From an uncultured Chloroflexia bacterium (lineage in GTDB: Bacteria > Chloroflexota > Limnocylindria > Limnocylindrales > CSP1-4): a stretch of DNA of 64,000 bases. Every line of letters begins with the position of its first letter. Positions within the stretch are counted from its first letter, which is position 1. Shown here in pieces: positions 9,761 through 22,682 of this stretch. The notes under the pieces are model-generated. The model saw nothing but the letters and a program-made list of their open reading frames with translations, ran no database searches and had not been told where the DNA came from. The DNA lies in NCBI GenBank assembly GCA_963752475.1, contig CAVVYR010000006.1, forward strand, positions 96,001 to 160,000, written 5' to 3'. A program made the translations under genes and the position numbers.

Positions 9761-12087
9761 GTGGTGACGCGCCCGGTCGAGGGCTCGAGCACGACCGAAC
9801 GCCCGCCTCTGCTGCCGCTGCTCGGCTGGCTGCTGTTCGTGGTCCTGGTCGTGTACGCGCTCACGGTCGGAGGCGCCTACGGCGGCATCAGCGATGTCGA
9901 CCGGCGGATCGTGAGCCTCGGCCTGATCGGCGTCACGCTGGCTGGCTGGGCGATTCTTGCCCTGCTCCGCCCCGAGTGGCGTCCGGGCACCGCGATCTGG
10001 CCCGCGCTCGTGGCGCCGCTCGTGGCCATGGTCGTGAGCCTCCTGCTGGCCGAGTTCCCGCGCCTGGGGATCGAGTACGTCGCCTGGGCCTTCCTGCTGG
10101 TGGCGATCTACCTGCTGCTGGTGCGGATCCTGCGGACCGAGTTCGCGCGGCGACGGATCGGCGGCCTGGCGCTGGTGCTCGGGCTCGTGGTCGGAGCGGC
10201 CTACCTGGGCTTCGTCCTGCTGTACTGGGTCGAGTGGTGGGACCTGCTGGGGCGCTTCGAGATGCCGCCGCTGCGACCGAAGATGTCCGCCATGCCCCTC
10301 GGGTTGAACGTGCCCAACGTCGTGGCCTCCGTGATGGTGCTGCTGACCGTCCTGGCTGCGGCCGGGCTCGGCCTCGGCTCGCGTGGCCGACAGGTGAGCC
10401 TGGTGCTCCTCGCTGGGCATCGCCGCCGCGGTGGTGCTCGTCACGCGGCAGCCGTTCGTCGTGGCTCGGGCTGGGAGGCGCCCTCGTGCTCGTGGGTGGG
10501 CTGTGGCTGCTGGCGAACCGAAGCCGGTTCCTCCGCGGGACGCCTCGGTCGACGCGGCATCGCGCTGCTGGGCGGCGGCGCGGGCGCCGTCGTGGTCGCG
10601 GCCCTGGTGCTGGGGCCGACCCTGCTCGACCGATTGCTCAACTCCGGTGATGGCGGCCGGCCCTCGTACTGGGCTGCGGCCTGGAGGATGTTCGAGGACG
10701 CCCCGCTCACCGGGCTGGGACCTGGTGCCTGGGCCGCTCGGCGGCTGGCGTACCTGGAATCCGGCGAGGTCGACTTCTCCGTGCCTCATGCCCACAACGT
10801 CTACCTGCAGACTGCCGCTGAGCTTGGCGTGGTCGGACTCGCCGCGGGTGTGATCGCAGGACTGGCGGTCGGCTGGCTCATCTATCGGGCGCTGCGCTCC
10901 GGCGACGGACTCCGGACGACATGGGCCTGGGCGGTGCTGTTCGGGGCGACCTACCTCGCCGTGGTCGAACGTCGTCGACTTCTACGCCAACCTTCCGGGC
11001 GTGCTGATGCTCTGGATCATCCCGCTGGCCATGCTCGACGGGCTAGCCACGAGGGGCATCGGCGTGCCACGCAGCCTGGCCGTTGCGGCCACCGGTCGGG
11101 GGGCGAGCGTCTTGCTGGCGATCGCGTGCGCCGGCTCCATCGCGCGTCCTCGGGATGGCCGAATCGAGTGCCTTGACCCTCGATGTCGCCACGAGGGCAG
11201 CCAATGAAGGCGACTGGGACCGCGTCGGATGCGGCCGCGAGCGCTGCCGAGAGCGACGCGCATCCCGGCCATGACCTGATGGTCGCCTGACCGCGATGCA
11301 GGCGGAGGACTGGGACACGGCCATCGAGCACTACGAGCGGTCGCTCGAGGTGGACGACCTGCCGCACGCGTGGCTGGGGCTGGCCCTGGCCACCATGGAG
11401 ACCGGCGGCAGTGAGGACGAGGTCGTTGCCTATCTCGAGCGAGCGATGCGCATGGGCGGCAGGACGCGGCCGTGGCGGTGGCGGTCGCAGACGTCTACGA
11501 GCGTCTCGGGTGGACGGACGCGGCCGAGGACGCGTTGGCTACCGCGATCCTGCACCAGCCGGCGCTCGCGGGCGACCCGACGTGTCGGACGCTGGACGCC
11601 GTCGATGCGGCGATCGAGCGCGCTGGCGATCGGTGGCTGGCGATCGCGCTCGCGGCCGGTGATGTCGAGCGGGCACGCAGCCTGGCAGAGGCGGCCGGTG
11701 CCAGCGCACCTCACGCTCGACATCATCGACGCCTGGGGCGGGGATGCGGCGGCACTCGCGCGCGTGCAGGAAGCGGCGCTGGCCGACCCGACTGGCACGG
11801 GGACTGCTCTCGACCGCGTCGAGGCTGAGCGACCAGGGCAGGGGACGAGGACCAGGCGACCGCTTCCGGGAGCTGGCGCTCTACCGCAAAGAGGGCGGGG
11901 CGTACGTCGGGGCTACCGTTGCGAGGTCGCCGACACGTGTGAGCCGGGCACCGAGGCGCCGTCGCGCACGGAGCTTCACGGGCTGTGGGCCTACCGCCGT
12001 GACCTGCCTCGGCAGCTGCTGCCTCGCGGCGTGCCGTGTCGCTGCTCGCTGACCGATGTCGAGTATGCTCGACCCGTAGCGGCGTAG
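9761..12087 (+). CDS. O-antigen ligase/Wzy_C-family membrane protein with C-terminal TPR-like helices; several frameshifts
   Basis: Many TM segments; [10 protein letters not shown] and [17 protein letters not shown]; [13 protein letters not shown] helix. Confidence 0.78.
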
Positions 12088-12113
12088 CAGCACGGACTCC
12101 CACCGCGAACTGC

Positions 12114-12460
12114 ACTAGACCCTACGTACCATTGCCAGAACGCACCACTTCTCCGTAGGGTGACTCGGACATGATCCGGCGCCACATCCTCGGCCCTGCG
12201 TGCCCTGCTGATGCTCACCGACGGCCTGCTGGCCGCGGTCGTGCTTGCTGCTGCTGTCTCGCGCTGCGCTTCGGCGAGGACTGGGCCGTCTGGTGGCGGG
12301 AGATCATCCCCAACGCGGAGGCCCTGCTCCTCTTCTACGCCGTAGGCTGGGTCGTGGCCCTCGCGCTCAACGGCATGTACCGGCCGCGCGCGCGCTGGTC
12401 GATCCGCTCGGAGGCCTGGGACCTGGTCCGTGCGACCGTGCTCATGGCCGTGGCCACGTT
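12114..12460 (+). repeat. Leader plus 5' part of priming glycosyltransferase, duplicated at 21101-21445
   Basis: ACTAGACC(C/G)TACGTACCATTGCCAGAACGCACCACTT...GTAGGGTGAC..GGACATGAT shared; identity continues through ~95 codons. Confidence 0.9.
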
Positions 12461-13573
12461 CGCGGTGCTCTTCTGGTTCAAGCTGCCGGACGTCAGCCGT
12501 CTCTTCCTGGTGTTGCTCTTCCCGACCCAGTACGTCGTCACGCTCGTCACCCGCGCCGTCCTGCGCCTGGCGTTCCGTCAGCCACGTGCAGGCGGTCGCA
12601 ACGAGCGCTACGTGCTGGTCGTGGGCGCCGGGCCCGCGTGGCCAGGCCTTCGCCGCCACCATCGAGAGCCACGCGGAGCTGGGCCTGAAGGTCGTCGGCC
12701 TGCTCGACGACGAGCCCGACTACGCCGAGGGCGCGTCGTGGCCGTGGCTCGGGCAAGCTCGAGGACCTGGAGCGGGTCATGGCCGACAACGTCATCGACG
12801 AGGTCGCCATCTGCCTGCCCTTCAGCCAGTGGGAGTACCTCGATGGCATCGCCTACGCGGCGGAGGAGGCGGGCAAGATCGTGCGCGTGCCCATGGACGT
12901 GCTGCAGCACCCATTCGCGCAGGGCAAGGTCGAGGATCTCGAGGGCACGCCGGTCTACTCGCTGGTCTCCGGCCCCGATCGCACGCTGGCGCTGTGGGCC
13001 AAGCGCGGCATCGACATCTTCGTCGCGGCCGTCGGGCTGGTCGTGCTCTCGCCGCTGTTCGCCGTCGTCGGCTGGTCCGTGCGGCGCGACGGGGGGCCGG
13101 CGCTGTTCCGGCAGACGCGCGTGGGGCTCCACGGACGGCCGTTCGAGATCGTCAAGTTCCGCTCGATGGCCATCGATGCCGAGGAGCGCCTGGCTGAGCT
13201 CGAGGCGCAGAACGAGCTGGAGGGCCACGCCTTCAAGATGACCGACGATCCGCGCATCACGCCCATCGGGCGGACCATCCGCCGCTGGTCGATCGATGAG
13301 CTGCCGCAGCTGTGGAACGTGCTGCGTGGTGACATGTCGCTCGTGGGGCCGCGGCCGCCGCTCGCGTCCGAGGTCAGCGACTACGACCTGTGGCATCGGC
13401 GCCGGCTGAGCATGAAGCCCGGCATCACCGGCCTGTGGCAGGTCCGCTCGCGCCAGGAGACGCTCTTCGACAAGTGGGTCGAGGACGACCTCGAGTACAT
13501 CGACCGCTGGTGCCTGTGGCTCGACCTGCAGATCCTGGTGCGGACGATCCCCGCAGCACTGGAGGGACGTTGA
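12171..13573 (+). CDS. Priming undecaprenyl-phosphate glycosylphosphotransferase (WcaJ/WbaP-like); frameshifted
   Basis: KFRSM, DDPRITPIGRTIRRWSIDELPQLWNVLRGDMSLVGPRP, KPGITGLWQV. Confidence 0.92.
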
Positions 13574-14610
13574 GCACCAAGAAGGCCCTCGATCACGGGC
13601 ATCACCGGGCAGGACGGCTCGTACCTGGCCGAGTTGCTGCTGGCGAAGGGCTACGAGGTCCACGGCATGATCCGCCGCTCGAGCTCGTTCAACACCGGGC
13701 GGATCGACCACATCTACCAGGACCCGCACGAGCGGGACGTCGCGGCTGCGCCTGCACTACGGCGACCTGACCGACGCAGTCGTCGCTGATCGAGCCATCC
13801 TGCACGACGGTCCAGCCGGACGAGGTCTACAACCTCGGCGCGCAGAGCCACGTCAGGGTCAGCTTCGAGATGCCCGAGTACACGGCCGAGTCGGCGGGCT
13901 GGGCACGCTGCGGCTGCTGGAGGCGATCCGCGACGGCCGGACTGGCCGATCCGCTTCTACCAGGCCGTCGCTCAGCGAGATGTTCGGCAAGGTGCGTCGG
14001 AGATCGCCGCAGACCGAGACGACGCCCTTCTACCCGCGCAGCCCCTACGCCGCGGCCAAGGTGTTCGCGCTACTACATCACGCGTGAACTACCGCGAGGC
14101 CTACGGCATGTTCGCCTGCAACGGCATCCTGTTCAACCACGAGTCGCCGCGGCGCGGCGAGACGTTCGTCACGCGCAAGATCACCCGCGGCGCGCCGCGC
14201 ATCAAGGCCGGGCCTGCAGGACAAGCTCTACCTGGGCAACCTCGACGCGCAGCGCGACTGGGGCTATCGCCGGCGACTACGTCGAGGCCATGTGGCTGAT
14301 GCTGCAGCAGGACGAGCCCGACGACTACGTCATCGCCACCGGCGAGACGCACTCGGTGCGCGAGTTCGTCGAGGTCGGCCTTCGGCCATCGTCGGCCTCG
14401 ACTGGCAGCGACTACGTCGAGATCGACCCGCGCTACTTCCGGCCGACCGAGGTCGACGTGCTGCTCGGGCGACGCCACCAAGGCGCGAGCGAAGCTCGGG
14501 CTGGGAGCCGCAGGTCGACGTTCGAGGAGCTGGTCGCGGATGATGGTCGACGCCGACCTGGCTGGCGAGGCCGGAGCATCGAGGCATGCGCGCCGACCAG
14601 CTGCGGGTGA
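13570..14610 (+). CDS. gmd: GDP-mannose 4,6-dehydratase; multiple frameshifts
   Basis: [56 protein letters not shown] read across frames. Confidence 0.92.
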
Positions 14611-14616
14611 CGCCTG

Positions 14617-15637
14617 ATGAGCGGATCTCTGCACGGCCGGCGGGTCGTGGTCACCGGCGGCGCCGGCTTCCTCGGCGCGCCGTCGTCGAGCGGCTGCGAG
14701 CCGGCCGGCGTGCGCCGACGTCTTCGTGCCGCGCATCGCGGACTACGACCTGCGCACGCGCGAGGGCGTCCGGCGCGCTGCTCGACGACGGCCGGCCGGA
14801 CGTCGTCATCCACCTGGCCGCCGTGGTCGGCGGCATCGGCGCCAACCGGGAGAACCCGGGCGCGTTCTTCTACGACAACCTGGTGATGGGCGCTCCACCT
14901 GATCGAGGAGGCCCGGCTCGCCGGCGTCGAGAAGTTCGTCTGCAGTCGGCACCATCTGCGCCTACCCGAAGTTCACGCCGGTGCCGTTCCGCGAGGACGA
15001 CCTCTGGAACGGCTACCCCGAGGAGACCAACGCGCCCTACGGCCTGGCCAAGAAGATGCTGCTGGTCAGGCCCAGGCCTACCGCGCAGCAGTACGGCTTC
15101 AACGGCATCTACCTGCTGCCGGTCAACCTCTACGGGCCCGGGCGACAACTTCGATCCCGCGTCGTCGCACGTGATCCCGGCGCTGATCCGGAAGTGCGTC
15201 GAGGCGCGCGAGGCCGGCGCCGACCACATCGACGTCTGGGGCACCGGCACCGCCACGCGCGAGTTCCTCTACGTCGACGACGCGGCCGAGGGCATCGTGC
15301 TGGCCGCCGAACGCTACGACGAGCCCGAACCGGTCAACCTCGGCCCGGCCGCGAGATCTCCATCAGCGACCTGGTGGAGCTCATCGCCGAGCTGACCGGG
15401 TTCGAGGGCGAGATCCTCTGGGATCCACCAAGCCCGACGGCCAGCCCCGCCGTGCCTCGACACCAGTCCGCGCCAAGGAGCGCTTCGGCTTCGAGGCAAG
15501 GACGTCCTTCGAGGAGGGCCTCCGCGGACGATCGACTGGTACGAGGTCCAGACATGGCGCAGGGCCGTGCCGGTAGTGGCCGTGCGCGCAGATCCATCCC
15601 GGTGAGCGCGCATCCCATCTCGATGGTTGGCGGATGA
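14617..15637 (+). CDS. fcl: GDP-L-fucose synthase; multiple frameshifts, 3' end approximate
   Basis: VVVTGGAGFLG, HLAAVVGGIGANRENP, GYPEETNAPYGLAKK, SSHVIPALIRK, VWGTGTATREFLYVDD. Confidence 0.9.
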
Positions 15638-16612
15638 GTGCCGCTCGGCAACTTCCGGCCATGGGCCTGTTGAGGCGAACCAGGAACCTCGTCACCTCTC
15701 CGGTCGAGCAAGCCCTGTACGGCCCCGTCACATCGGATGCAGACTACCCCGGCCGGATCGTCTCCGACGAGGCTGCCACCGATCTGATCGGTCGCAGTCT
15801 GCGGGCGGATGGTCCGCGTCTTATCGCACGCCCCGGAATTGTCGAAGCCAAGAGTCCCTGCAGCTATTGGTTGCGTTGGCGCGAACATGGGGCGAGCCGC
15901 GGTCGCCGTGGCTCCGAGCTGACAGTAATGCGACGCGCACGAACACAGGCTTCTTCCCGATCGACGGCGCCAGCCTTGACCGGTTCGCACGCGAGTACCT
16001 TGATGCAGTAGCGACGGCTGACGTCCTTGCGGTCTACCCGACGATGACGCGGGCGGCCCCTCATGTCGTTCGAACGCTACTGCCCATCGGCGGCAGTCAT
16101 TCACGGTGCTGCCCTCAACCCTCTGCAGCCGAACCCATGGTCAGCCGGCGCTGGAGGGCCAACGGGTTCTGGGTGGTGCACCCGTTCGCCAAGACCATCG
16201 AGCAGCAGTACCGAGAGCGACGCAGCCAGCTGTTCGACGACCCGCGCATGCTGCCGGAGTTCGACCTTCAAGTCCTGCCCGCCGTCCAGTCCATCGCCGG
16301 CAACGACGTCGACTTCGCATCCTGGTTCAGCGCGCTCGATCACATGTGCCAGCAGATGGACCGCCTCGACTACGACGTGGCGCTTGTGGGCGCTGGCGCC
16401 TATGGGTCAGGCTGGCCGCGCATGCCAAGGCAAGCGGCCGCAAGGGTATCCATGTCGGTGGGGCAACGCAGTTGCTGTTCGGCATCATCGGTCGCCGGTG
16501 GGAGGTCGAGTTCGACGATGTGGACAGGGTCTCCAACGAATGGTGGGTTCGGCCGGCCGCCGAAGAGACGCCACCCAACCACGACCGCGTCGAGCACGGC
16601 TGCTATTGGTAG
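15634..16612 (+). CDS. Polysaccharide-locus hypothetical protein, possibly GT-D-fold-like; frameshifted
   Basis: VVHPFAKTIEQQY, DYDVALVGAGAYG, GIHVGGATQLLFGIIGRRW, C-terminal EHGCYW across three frames. Confidence 0.6.
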
Positions 16613-16864
16613 GAGGTGACTGTGATGGATCGGAGTGGACGGCCGTGGCCGTGGGTCCAGTTTCGAAGGAGGTTCCATGCGCGGTCGTTTGGCGTCGCTC
16701 AGGCTTCGTTGGTGACGAAACCGCTAGCCTGCACCGGACCTCTTGACGACTGTCCGAAGTGAAGTACGCGTTCGTCGGTGTTGGCTGCACAATCTCGCTG
16801 AGTCGATGTCTCTCCAGCGCGGGCCGGTTGGCGGCGGACCGCCGCTACTCCGGAGCATCATTGC

Positions 16865-18399
16865 GTGACTGAATCTGGGCCAGACGGCGACACAGGCACG
16901 CCCTGGGGCGTGCCTGTAGACCGGGACATGGGGCTGCGCCGACACTCGGTTCGACAGTCCTCGATGACGGTCTCCGGGCAGGCGATTCTCGCGGGTGTCC
17001 AATTGCTGTCGACCCTCGTACTGGCTCGGCTACTCGTCCCAGGTGATTTCGGTCTCCTCGCAATGGTGGCGACACTGGTGGCGTTCGTGAGCCTCTTCGG
17101 AGACTTCGGGTTGACACAGGCCACGATTCAGGCACGAGACATCAGCACGCGGCAGGCGACCGGATTGTTCTGGTCTAGTGCGGTCATCGCAGTTGTGCTC
17201 GCGCTTGGTACGGCGGTGATGGCGCCGGTCATCGCTCAGCTGTACGGTGAGCCTGAGTTGGTCCCGGTCACTCTAGTCTTCGCCGTGGTCGTTCTCGTGA
17301 ACGGCCTAGGCAATATCCCTCGGGCGATCCTCTCGAGGCAGATGGCCTACCGGTGGGTCGTCACGGGCGAGGTCGTCGCCGGCATCATCGGGATGCTCGT
17401 TGCCTTCGGCATCGCGCTCGCGGGTGGTGGCTATTGGGCCTTGGTCGCAATTCCCGGTCGTGCGAGCTGCGATCGGGACTCCATTCCTGTGGATGAGGGT
17501 GCCTTGGCGGCCACGCCGGCCGCAGTCGGCGTTCCGGGATTCGGCCGCTGTTGCACTTCGGGGCGAAGGTGAGTGCCTCCAATGTCGTGAACTTCTTCAA
17601 CAGGAACGCCGACGACGTCCTTATCGGATGGAGATGGGGCCCCGATGTCCTAGGCCAGTACGCAGCAGCCTACCGCGTCCTGATGATGCCGCTCACGCAG
17701 ATCAGCGCTCCGGTTTCACGAGTGGCGATGCCGGCACTGGCAAGGCTCCAAGACGACGCCGAGCGATACAGGGCTGCCTACGTACGGCTTGTGCGGGTCT
17801 TGGCCTCGGTCACATCCCCGCTCATGGGCTTCGTTGCCGTCAGCTCGACTTGGGTGATTGCGATCTTGCTGGGCCCCGGCTGGGAAGAGGCCGCAGAGAT
17901 TCTGACTTGGCTGGCTGTGGCTGGCATCGCGCAGCCTCTCACCAACTCGACTGGCTGGCTGTTCATCAGCCAAGGAAGGCTTGGGGAGTACCTCCGAGGG
18001 ACCACTGTGGCTGCCGTCGTCGCGGTGACAAGCTTCGTTGTCGGCCTTCCGCTTGGGGCTGTCGGTGTCGCGGCTGCGTACGCCGTAAGCGGGATTGCGA
18101 TCCGATTGCCCCTGCTGCTGTGGTGGGTCGGTCGGCGCGGCCCCGTCTCGACTTCGGACCTAGTTGGGGTATCGGTCCTGCCGCTTGTCCTCACCCTGCT
18201 CGTGATGTCCGCAAGCATCGCGGTCCAACTGGCGGCGCCCAACATCGCCCCCATCGCGGGCGTGGCTCTGGCCGGTCTGCTGGCAGCTGTGGGCATCCTC
18301 CTCGTGCTCATCACCCCTGCCGGTAGAGCGCTGCGCGCGGACATCCGGGTGATTGTCGGGGATCTCAAGCGCCAGCGGGGACGGGTTCGTGAAGGCTGA
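16865..18399 (+). CDS. wzx: Wzx polysaccharide flippase (WzxC-like); frameshift at ~17455-17550
   Basis: LARLLVPGDFGLLAMV...FGDFGL, NADDVLIG...LGQYAAAY; multiple TM segments. Confidence 0.9.
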
Positions 18400-18601
18400 G
18401 GACCTGGCTCGAGACTGGGCTAGCAGGGGCGACGTTCGACGATCCAGCGCCACCGTCTCGGGAGGCTGGGACTCGGGATCAGTAGCGCAGATCCGATCCG
18501 GCCCCATTGCGATGCTGACTTGGCCGCCTTGAGGAGCGAACGTGGTGAGGGCTGCTGCCGTGCCCGGAGGCGATGCACCAGGATGTGGTGGACGTCCTGT
18601 C

Positions 18602-20142
18602 CTAGGAGCCTGCGTCGGTAATGGTCACCGGCCGAGTCTGGCACATGCCAAAATCCAGTCATGCGCACCAAGACCTTCCGCCCATACGACCAGGACACGC
18701 TCCTGCTTGATGCCGCCGTCGGTGCGTGACTGGGTCGATCCCGAGTCGTTGCCGGCCTTCATCAGCGACCTCGTCGACGACCTGGACCTGACCCCCTTCC
18801 TCGCGGCCCACGACGAGCCCCGGGGCATGCCGCCCGTATCACCCCGCGATGATGCTCAAGGTCCTGCTGTACGGCTATGCGGTCGGGGTGCGCAGCTCGC
18901 GCAAGCTCGAGGCCCGGCTGCGAGAGCGACGTCGGCTTCATGTACCTCGCGGGGCAATGCGCGGCCCGGCCACAAGGCCATCGGCGAGTTCCGCCGCCGT
19001 CACCTCGAGGCCTTCGAGGCGCTCTTCCTCGACATCCTCCACCTCTGCCAGGCCGCCGGCCTGGTGCGACTCGGGCGGGTCGCGCTCGACGGCACGAAGG
19101 TCAAGGCGAACGCGAGCAAGCACAAGGCCATGAGCTATGCCCGCATGGACGAGCGCGAGGCGGCGCTCGCGGCCGAGGTCAAGCGCATCCTCGAAGAAGC
19201 CGAGGCCATCGACGCGGCCGAGGATGCCGAGTACGGGGACGCCCGCGGTGACGAGCTGCCAGCGGCGCTGCGCACGCGCGAGGGCCGCTTGCGCGCCATC
19301 CGCGAGGCCCGGGCCGCCCTCGAGGAGGAAGCGAGGGAACGCAGTGGCGATCCCGAGGCGGTGCCCGAGCCGCGGGCCCAGCGCAACTTCACCGACCCCG
19401 AGTCACGCATCATGCCCAGCCGGCCCGATGGCTGGGTCCAGGGCTACAACGCGCAGGCGCCGTCGTCGACGACGGCGCCACCAGGTCATCGTGGCCACGA
19501 GCATCGACGACCGAGCACGACCGACACCGCGCTCGCTGCCCGACGCTCGCCGACCAGGTCGAGGCCAACACCGGCCGACGCCCCCGACGAGCTCCTCGCC
19601 GATGCCGGCTACCAGTCCGACGACAACCTCGAGCACCTCGCCGCAACGGGGCATCGACGCCTATGTGGCGGTCCGCCGCGACAAGCACTCCGCCGCCACC
19701 GACCAGCCGCACCGCGGGGTCGCATCCCCACCGCAACTCTCAGCCCGCGGCCGCATGGCCCGCAAGCTGACCACGAAGGCGGGCCGGACCGAGTACGCGA
19801 GGCGCAAGATCATCGGTGGAGCCGGTCTTCGGCCAGATCAAGGAGGCCACCGGCTTCCGCCGCTTCAGCCTGCGGGGCAGGGCCAAGGTCACCGGCGAGT
19901 GGCACCTCGTCTGTGCCGTCCACGACCTCGCCAAGCTGTTCCGCAGTGGCCGGGCCGGGCGGGTCATGCCCGGCTGGGACCGCCCCAAAGGTCAGGCTAG
20001 GGCCACGAAGGCCCTCGGATGGGCCTGATGGGGACCGATCATCGGCCTGCCCAGCGCCGGGATGGGTCCTGGGCTCACCGATCTGGCGCTCGCGGCCTCG
20101 TCAGACGCCTGCGCGCCGGCGATTACCGGCACAGGCTCCTAG
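18602..20142 (+). mobile_element. IS1182-family insertion sequence
   Basis: Inverted ends CCTAGGAGCCTGCGTCGGTAAT (18601-18622) / ATTACCGGCACAGGCTCCTAGG (20122-20143), 20/22 match, CTAG at both ends. Confidence 0.9.
18661..20028 (+). CDS. IS1182-family transposase; frameshifted
   Basis: MRTKTFRPYD start, MMLKVLLYGY, VALDGTKVKANASKHKAMSY, NFTDPESRIM, LLADAGY, EPVFGQIK. Confidence 0.9.
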
Positions 20143-20327
20143 GTGACGGCAGCGGCTTGGCTGCAACGAAACCAGGTTCAGTTGAGTGCGGGCCCCGATG
20201 CTCTGGCACAGTGGCTTCGCACGCGCCTTGACGCCGTGAACGCCACGCTCAAGGATTGCTACTGAACGGTTCTTGGTGGCGATGGCGACCGGTGGGTGAC
20301 GACTAGGAGCACCAGAGCGATGTTGGG

Positions 20328-21065
20328 ATGAAGAACGCTGAGGCATGGCGACCCACGAAGTACGTCCTGCGTGCCGGACGTCTTCGCGCGACACGCGACC
20401 AGAGTTACCTAGCGCCTACGTCGCGGCTCGCTGCCGACCTATCCGCACAAGCATACGGAGAGGCTCTGCCTGCCCATGCCCATGGCCGCCTGCTGGATTT
20501 CGGTTGTGGACGGGTGCCGTTGTACGGAGCCTATCGGTCGTTCATTGACGTCAACATCTGCATGGACTGGATGGAGCCACCCGGAACGAGCCACGTGGAC
20601 GTGGTGTCGGACCTGTCTCGCGAGGTGCCGCTTCCGTCGTCATCGACAGACACGATCATCGTTTCCTCAGTTCTTGAGCACCTACCCGACCCCGCCCGTA
20701 CATGGAGCGAGTTCGAGCGGCTGCTGGCCCCAGGAGGCCGAGTCATAGGAAACGTTCCCTTCTATTACCAGCTGCATGAGGCACCGCATGACTACTTCCG
20801 ATTCACGGAGCACGCGCTTCGGCGGCACATCGAAGCAGCTGGCCTCGCCGTCGTGGAGCTTCGCCCGACAGGCGGTACACCGGAGATCCTCGCCGATCTC
20901 GTACCGAAGACGATGGAGACGTTTCGCTACATGCACCGGGCGGCACCGGCCACGCATCGTCTCATGGCGATGCTCGCGCAGTCTCGTCTTGGCGCCAGGG
21001 TGTCAGCCAGAACCGCCGCCCGGTTTCCCTTCGGCTACTTCTTCGTGGCCCAGAAGCCTACGTAG
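20328..21065 (+). CDS. Class I SAM-dependent methyltransferase
   Basis: LLDFGCG, VLEHLPDP, LAPGGRV, HEAPHDYFRFT. Confidence 0.88.
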   Translation: MKNAEAWRPTKYVLRAGRLRATRDQSYLAPTSRLAADLSAQAYGEALPAHAHGRLLDFGCGRVPLYGAYRSFIDVNICMDWMEPPGTSHVDVVSDLSREVPLPSSSTDTIIVSSVLEHLPDPARTWSEFERLLAPGGRVIGNVPFYYQLHEAPHDYFRFTEHALRRHIEAAGLAVVELRPTGGTPEILADLVPKTMETFRYMHRAAPATHRLMAMLAQSRLGARVSARTAARFPFGYFFVAQKPT

Positions 21066-21158
21066 TCGCCTCCGTTCGCTTCGCGACCCCACCGCTCTCG
21101 ACTAGACCGTACGTACCATTGCCAGAACGCACCACTTCCTCCGTAGGGTGACCCGGAC

Positions 21159-21491
21159 ATGATTCGGCGCCATGTATCGACCCTGCGTGCGTTGCTCATG
21201 CTCACCGACGGCCTGCTTGCAGCAGTCGTCCTGGTGGGCCTGTCTTGGCTGCGCTTCGGCGAGGACTGGACCGTGTGGTGGCGCGAAATCATCCCCAACG
21301 CCGAGGCCCCGCTGCTCTTCTACGCCGTCGGCTGGGTCGTGGCCTTGGCACTCAACGGCATGTACCGAACGCGGGCGCGCTGGTCAATCTGCACTGAGGC
21401 TTGGGATCTGCTGCGCGCGACCGTGCCCATGGCCGTGGCCAAGTTCGCCAGGTCGCGTCCCGAGATCGCTGAAGGAGTGAGAACGACATAA
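21159..21491 (+). pseudogene. Truncated second copy of priming glycosyltransferase (N-terminal ~95 aa only)
   Basis: MIRRHV...FGEDWTVWWREIIPNAEA...ARWSI; similarity to the 12171 gene stops at ~21445. Confidence 0.85.
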
Positions 21492-21598
21492 GCTCCGAAC
21501 CGGACCTGCAAGTTCGCAAGGGAGGACTACGCCGTGGAACGAACGATGAATATGGGTCTGCAACTGCGCGACTACGCCTTCTCGTGGAGCAGTTCACC

Positions 21599-22681
21599 AT
21601 GAAGCTCGAGAGTCATCTCCTGTACCGGGCGGCGCGCAAGCCGTTTCGCCTCATGGTGCGGGGCGCAGACATGCTGCAGCGGCGCTCGAGCCTGGCTGCA
21701 GGAAGATCCCAGCCGGCGGGCCGCGCATCTTCTACATGCTCACCCCGCCGCCCGTGCTGCGCAACATCGGCGATCACGCTCAGGCCGTCGCCATCCACCA
21801 GTGTTCGGGCAGAAGTTTCCCGGCGTGCCAGTGGTCGAGCTCACCAAGGACGACGTGCGCGATCATCTGGGTGTCGTAGTTGAGCGGATCGCGTCCGGGG
21901 ACGTCATCGTGCTCCACAGCGGCGGAAACCTCGGCGACCGGGGGATCTGGTCGGAGAGCCTGCGCCGGCAGATCATCCAGACCTTCCCGGGCAACAGGAT
22001 CGTTAGCCTGCCCCAGACGATCTACTTCCACAACACGCCAACGGGCCGCGCCGAGCTCGAGGAGAGCCGCAGAAATCTACAACGCCCATCCCGACCTTGT
22101 CGTCTACGCCCGCGACGATCGCAGCTACGAGTTCGCCCGCGAGCTACTTCCCCAATGCGACGACCGGCGCGGCGCCGGATTTCGTGCTGCGTTACGACTG
22201 GAGCCCGAAGGGCCCCGCGGGCGGGAACGCTCGGACGCTCCTCTGCCTGCGCAACGACGATAAATCGGCGCTCACCGACGCCGACATCGCCGCCCTGCGT
22301 GAGACCGTCTCGGGCGGGAGCGACATCTTCGACTCCACGCTTCCCGAGCAGATCGCCCTCTCCCGGCGCAAGAGCCTCCTCGAGGAGACGCTCGAGATGT
22401 TCTTGGGCTACGACATGGTGGTGACCGACCGTTTCCACGGGCTGATCTTCGCGACCCTCACCCGCCGTCCCGTCGTCGCGCTGCCAACGGTCGACCACAA
22501 GCTCACCTCCGCCTTCAACTGGTTTGATGGGGTTCCATTCGCGCGGCTCGCCCCGACCCTCGACGAGGTGGGCGGCGCGCTTGAGGCGGTCCGGGCCGTA
22601 GAGCCGGGGGCGCTACCCGATTGGGACGGGCTTCACTTCGACGCCATTGCCGAGCAAGTCTTCAAAGCAGGGGTGCGCTAG
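21599..22681 (+). CDS. Polysaccharide pyruvyl transferase family protein; frameshifted
   Basis: NIGDHAQ, LHSGGNLGD, SLPQTIYF, VVTDRFHGLIFA. Confidence 0.85.
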
Positions 22682-22682
22682 C

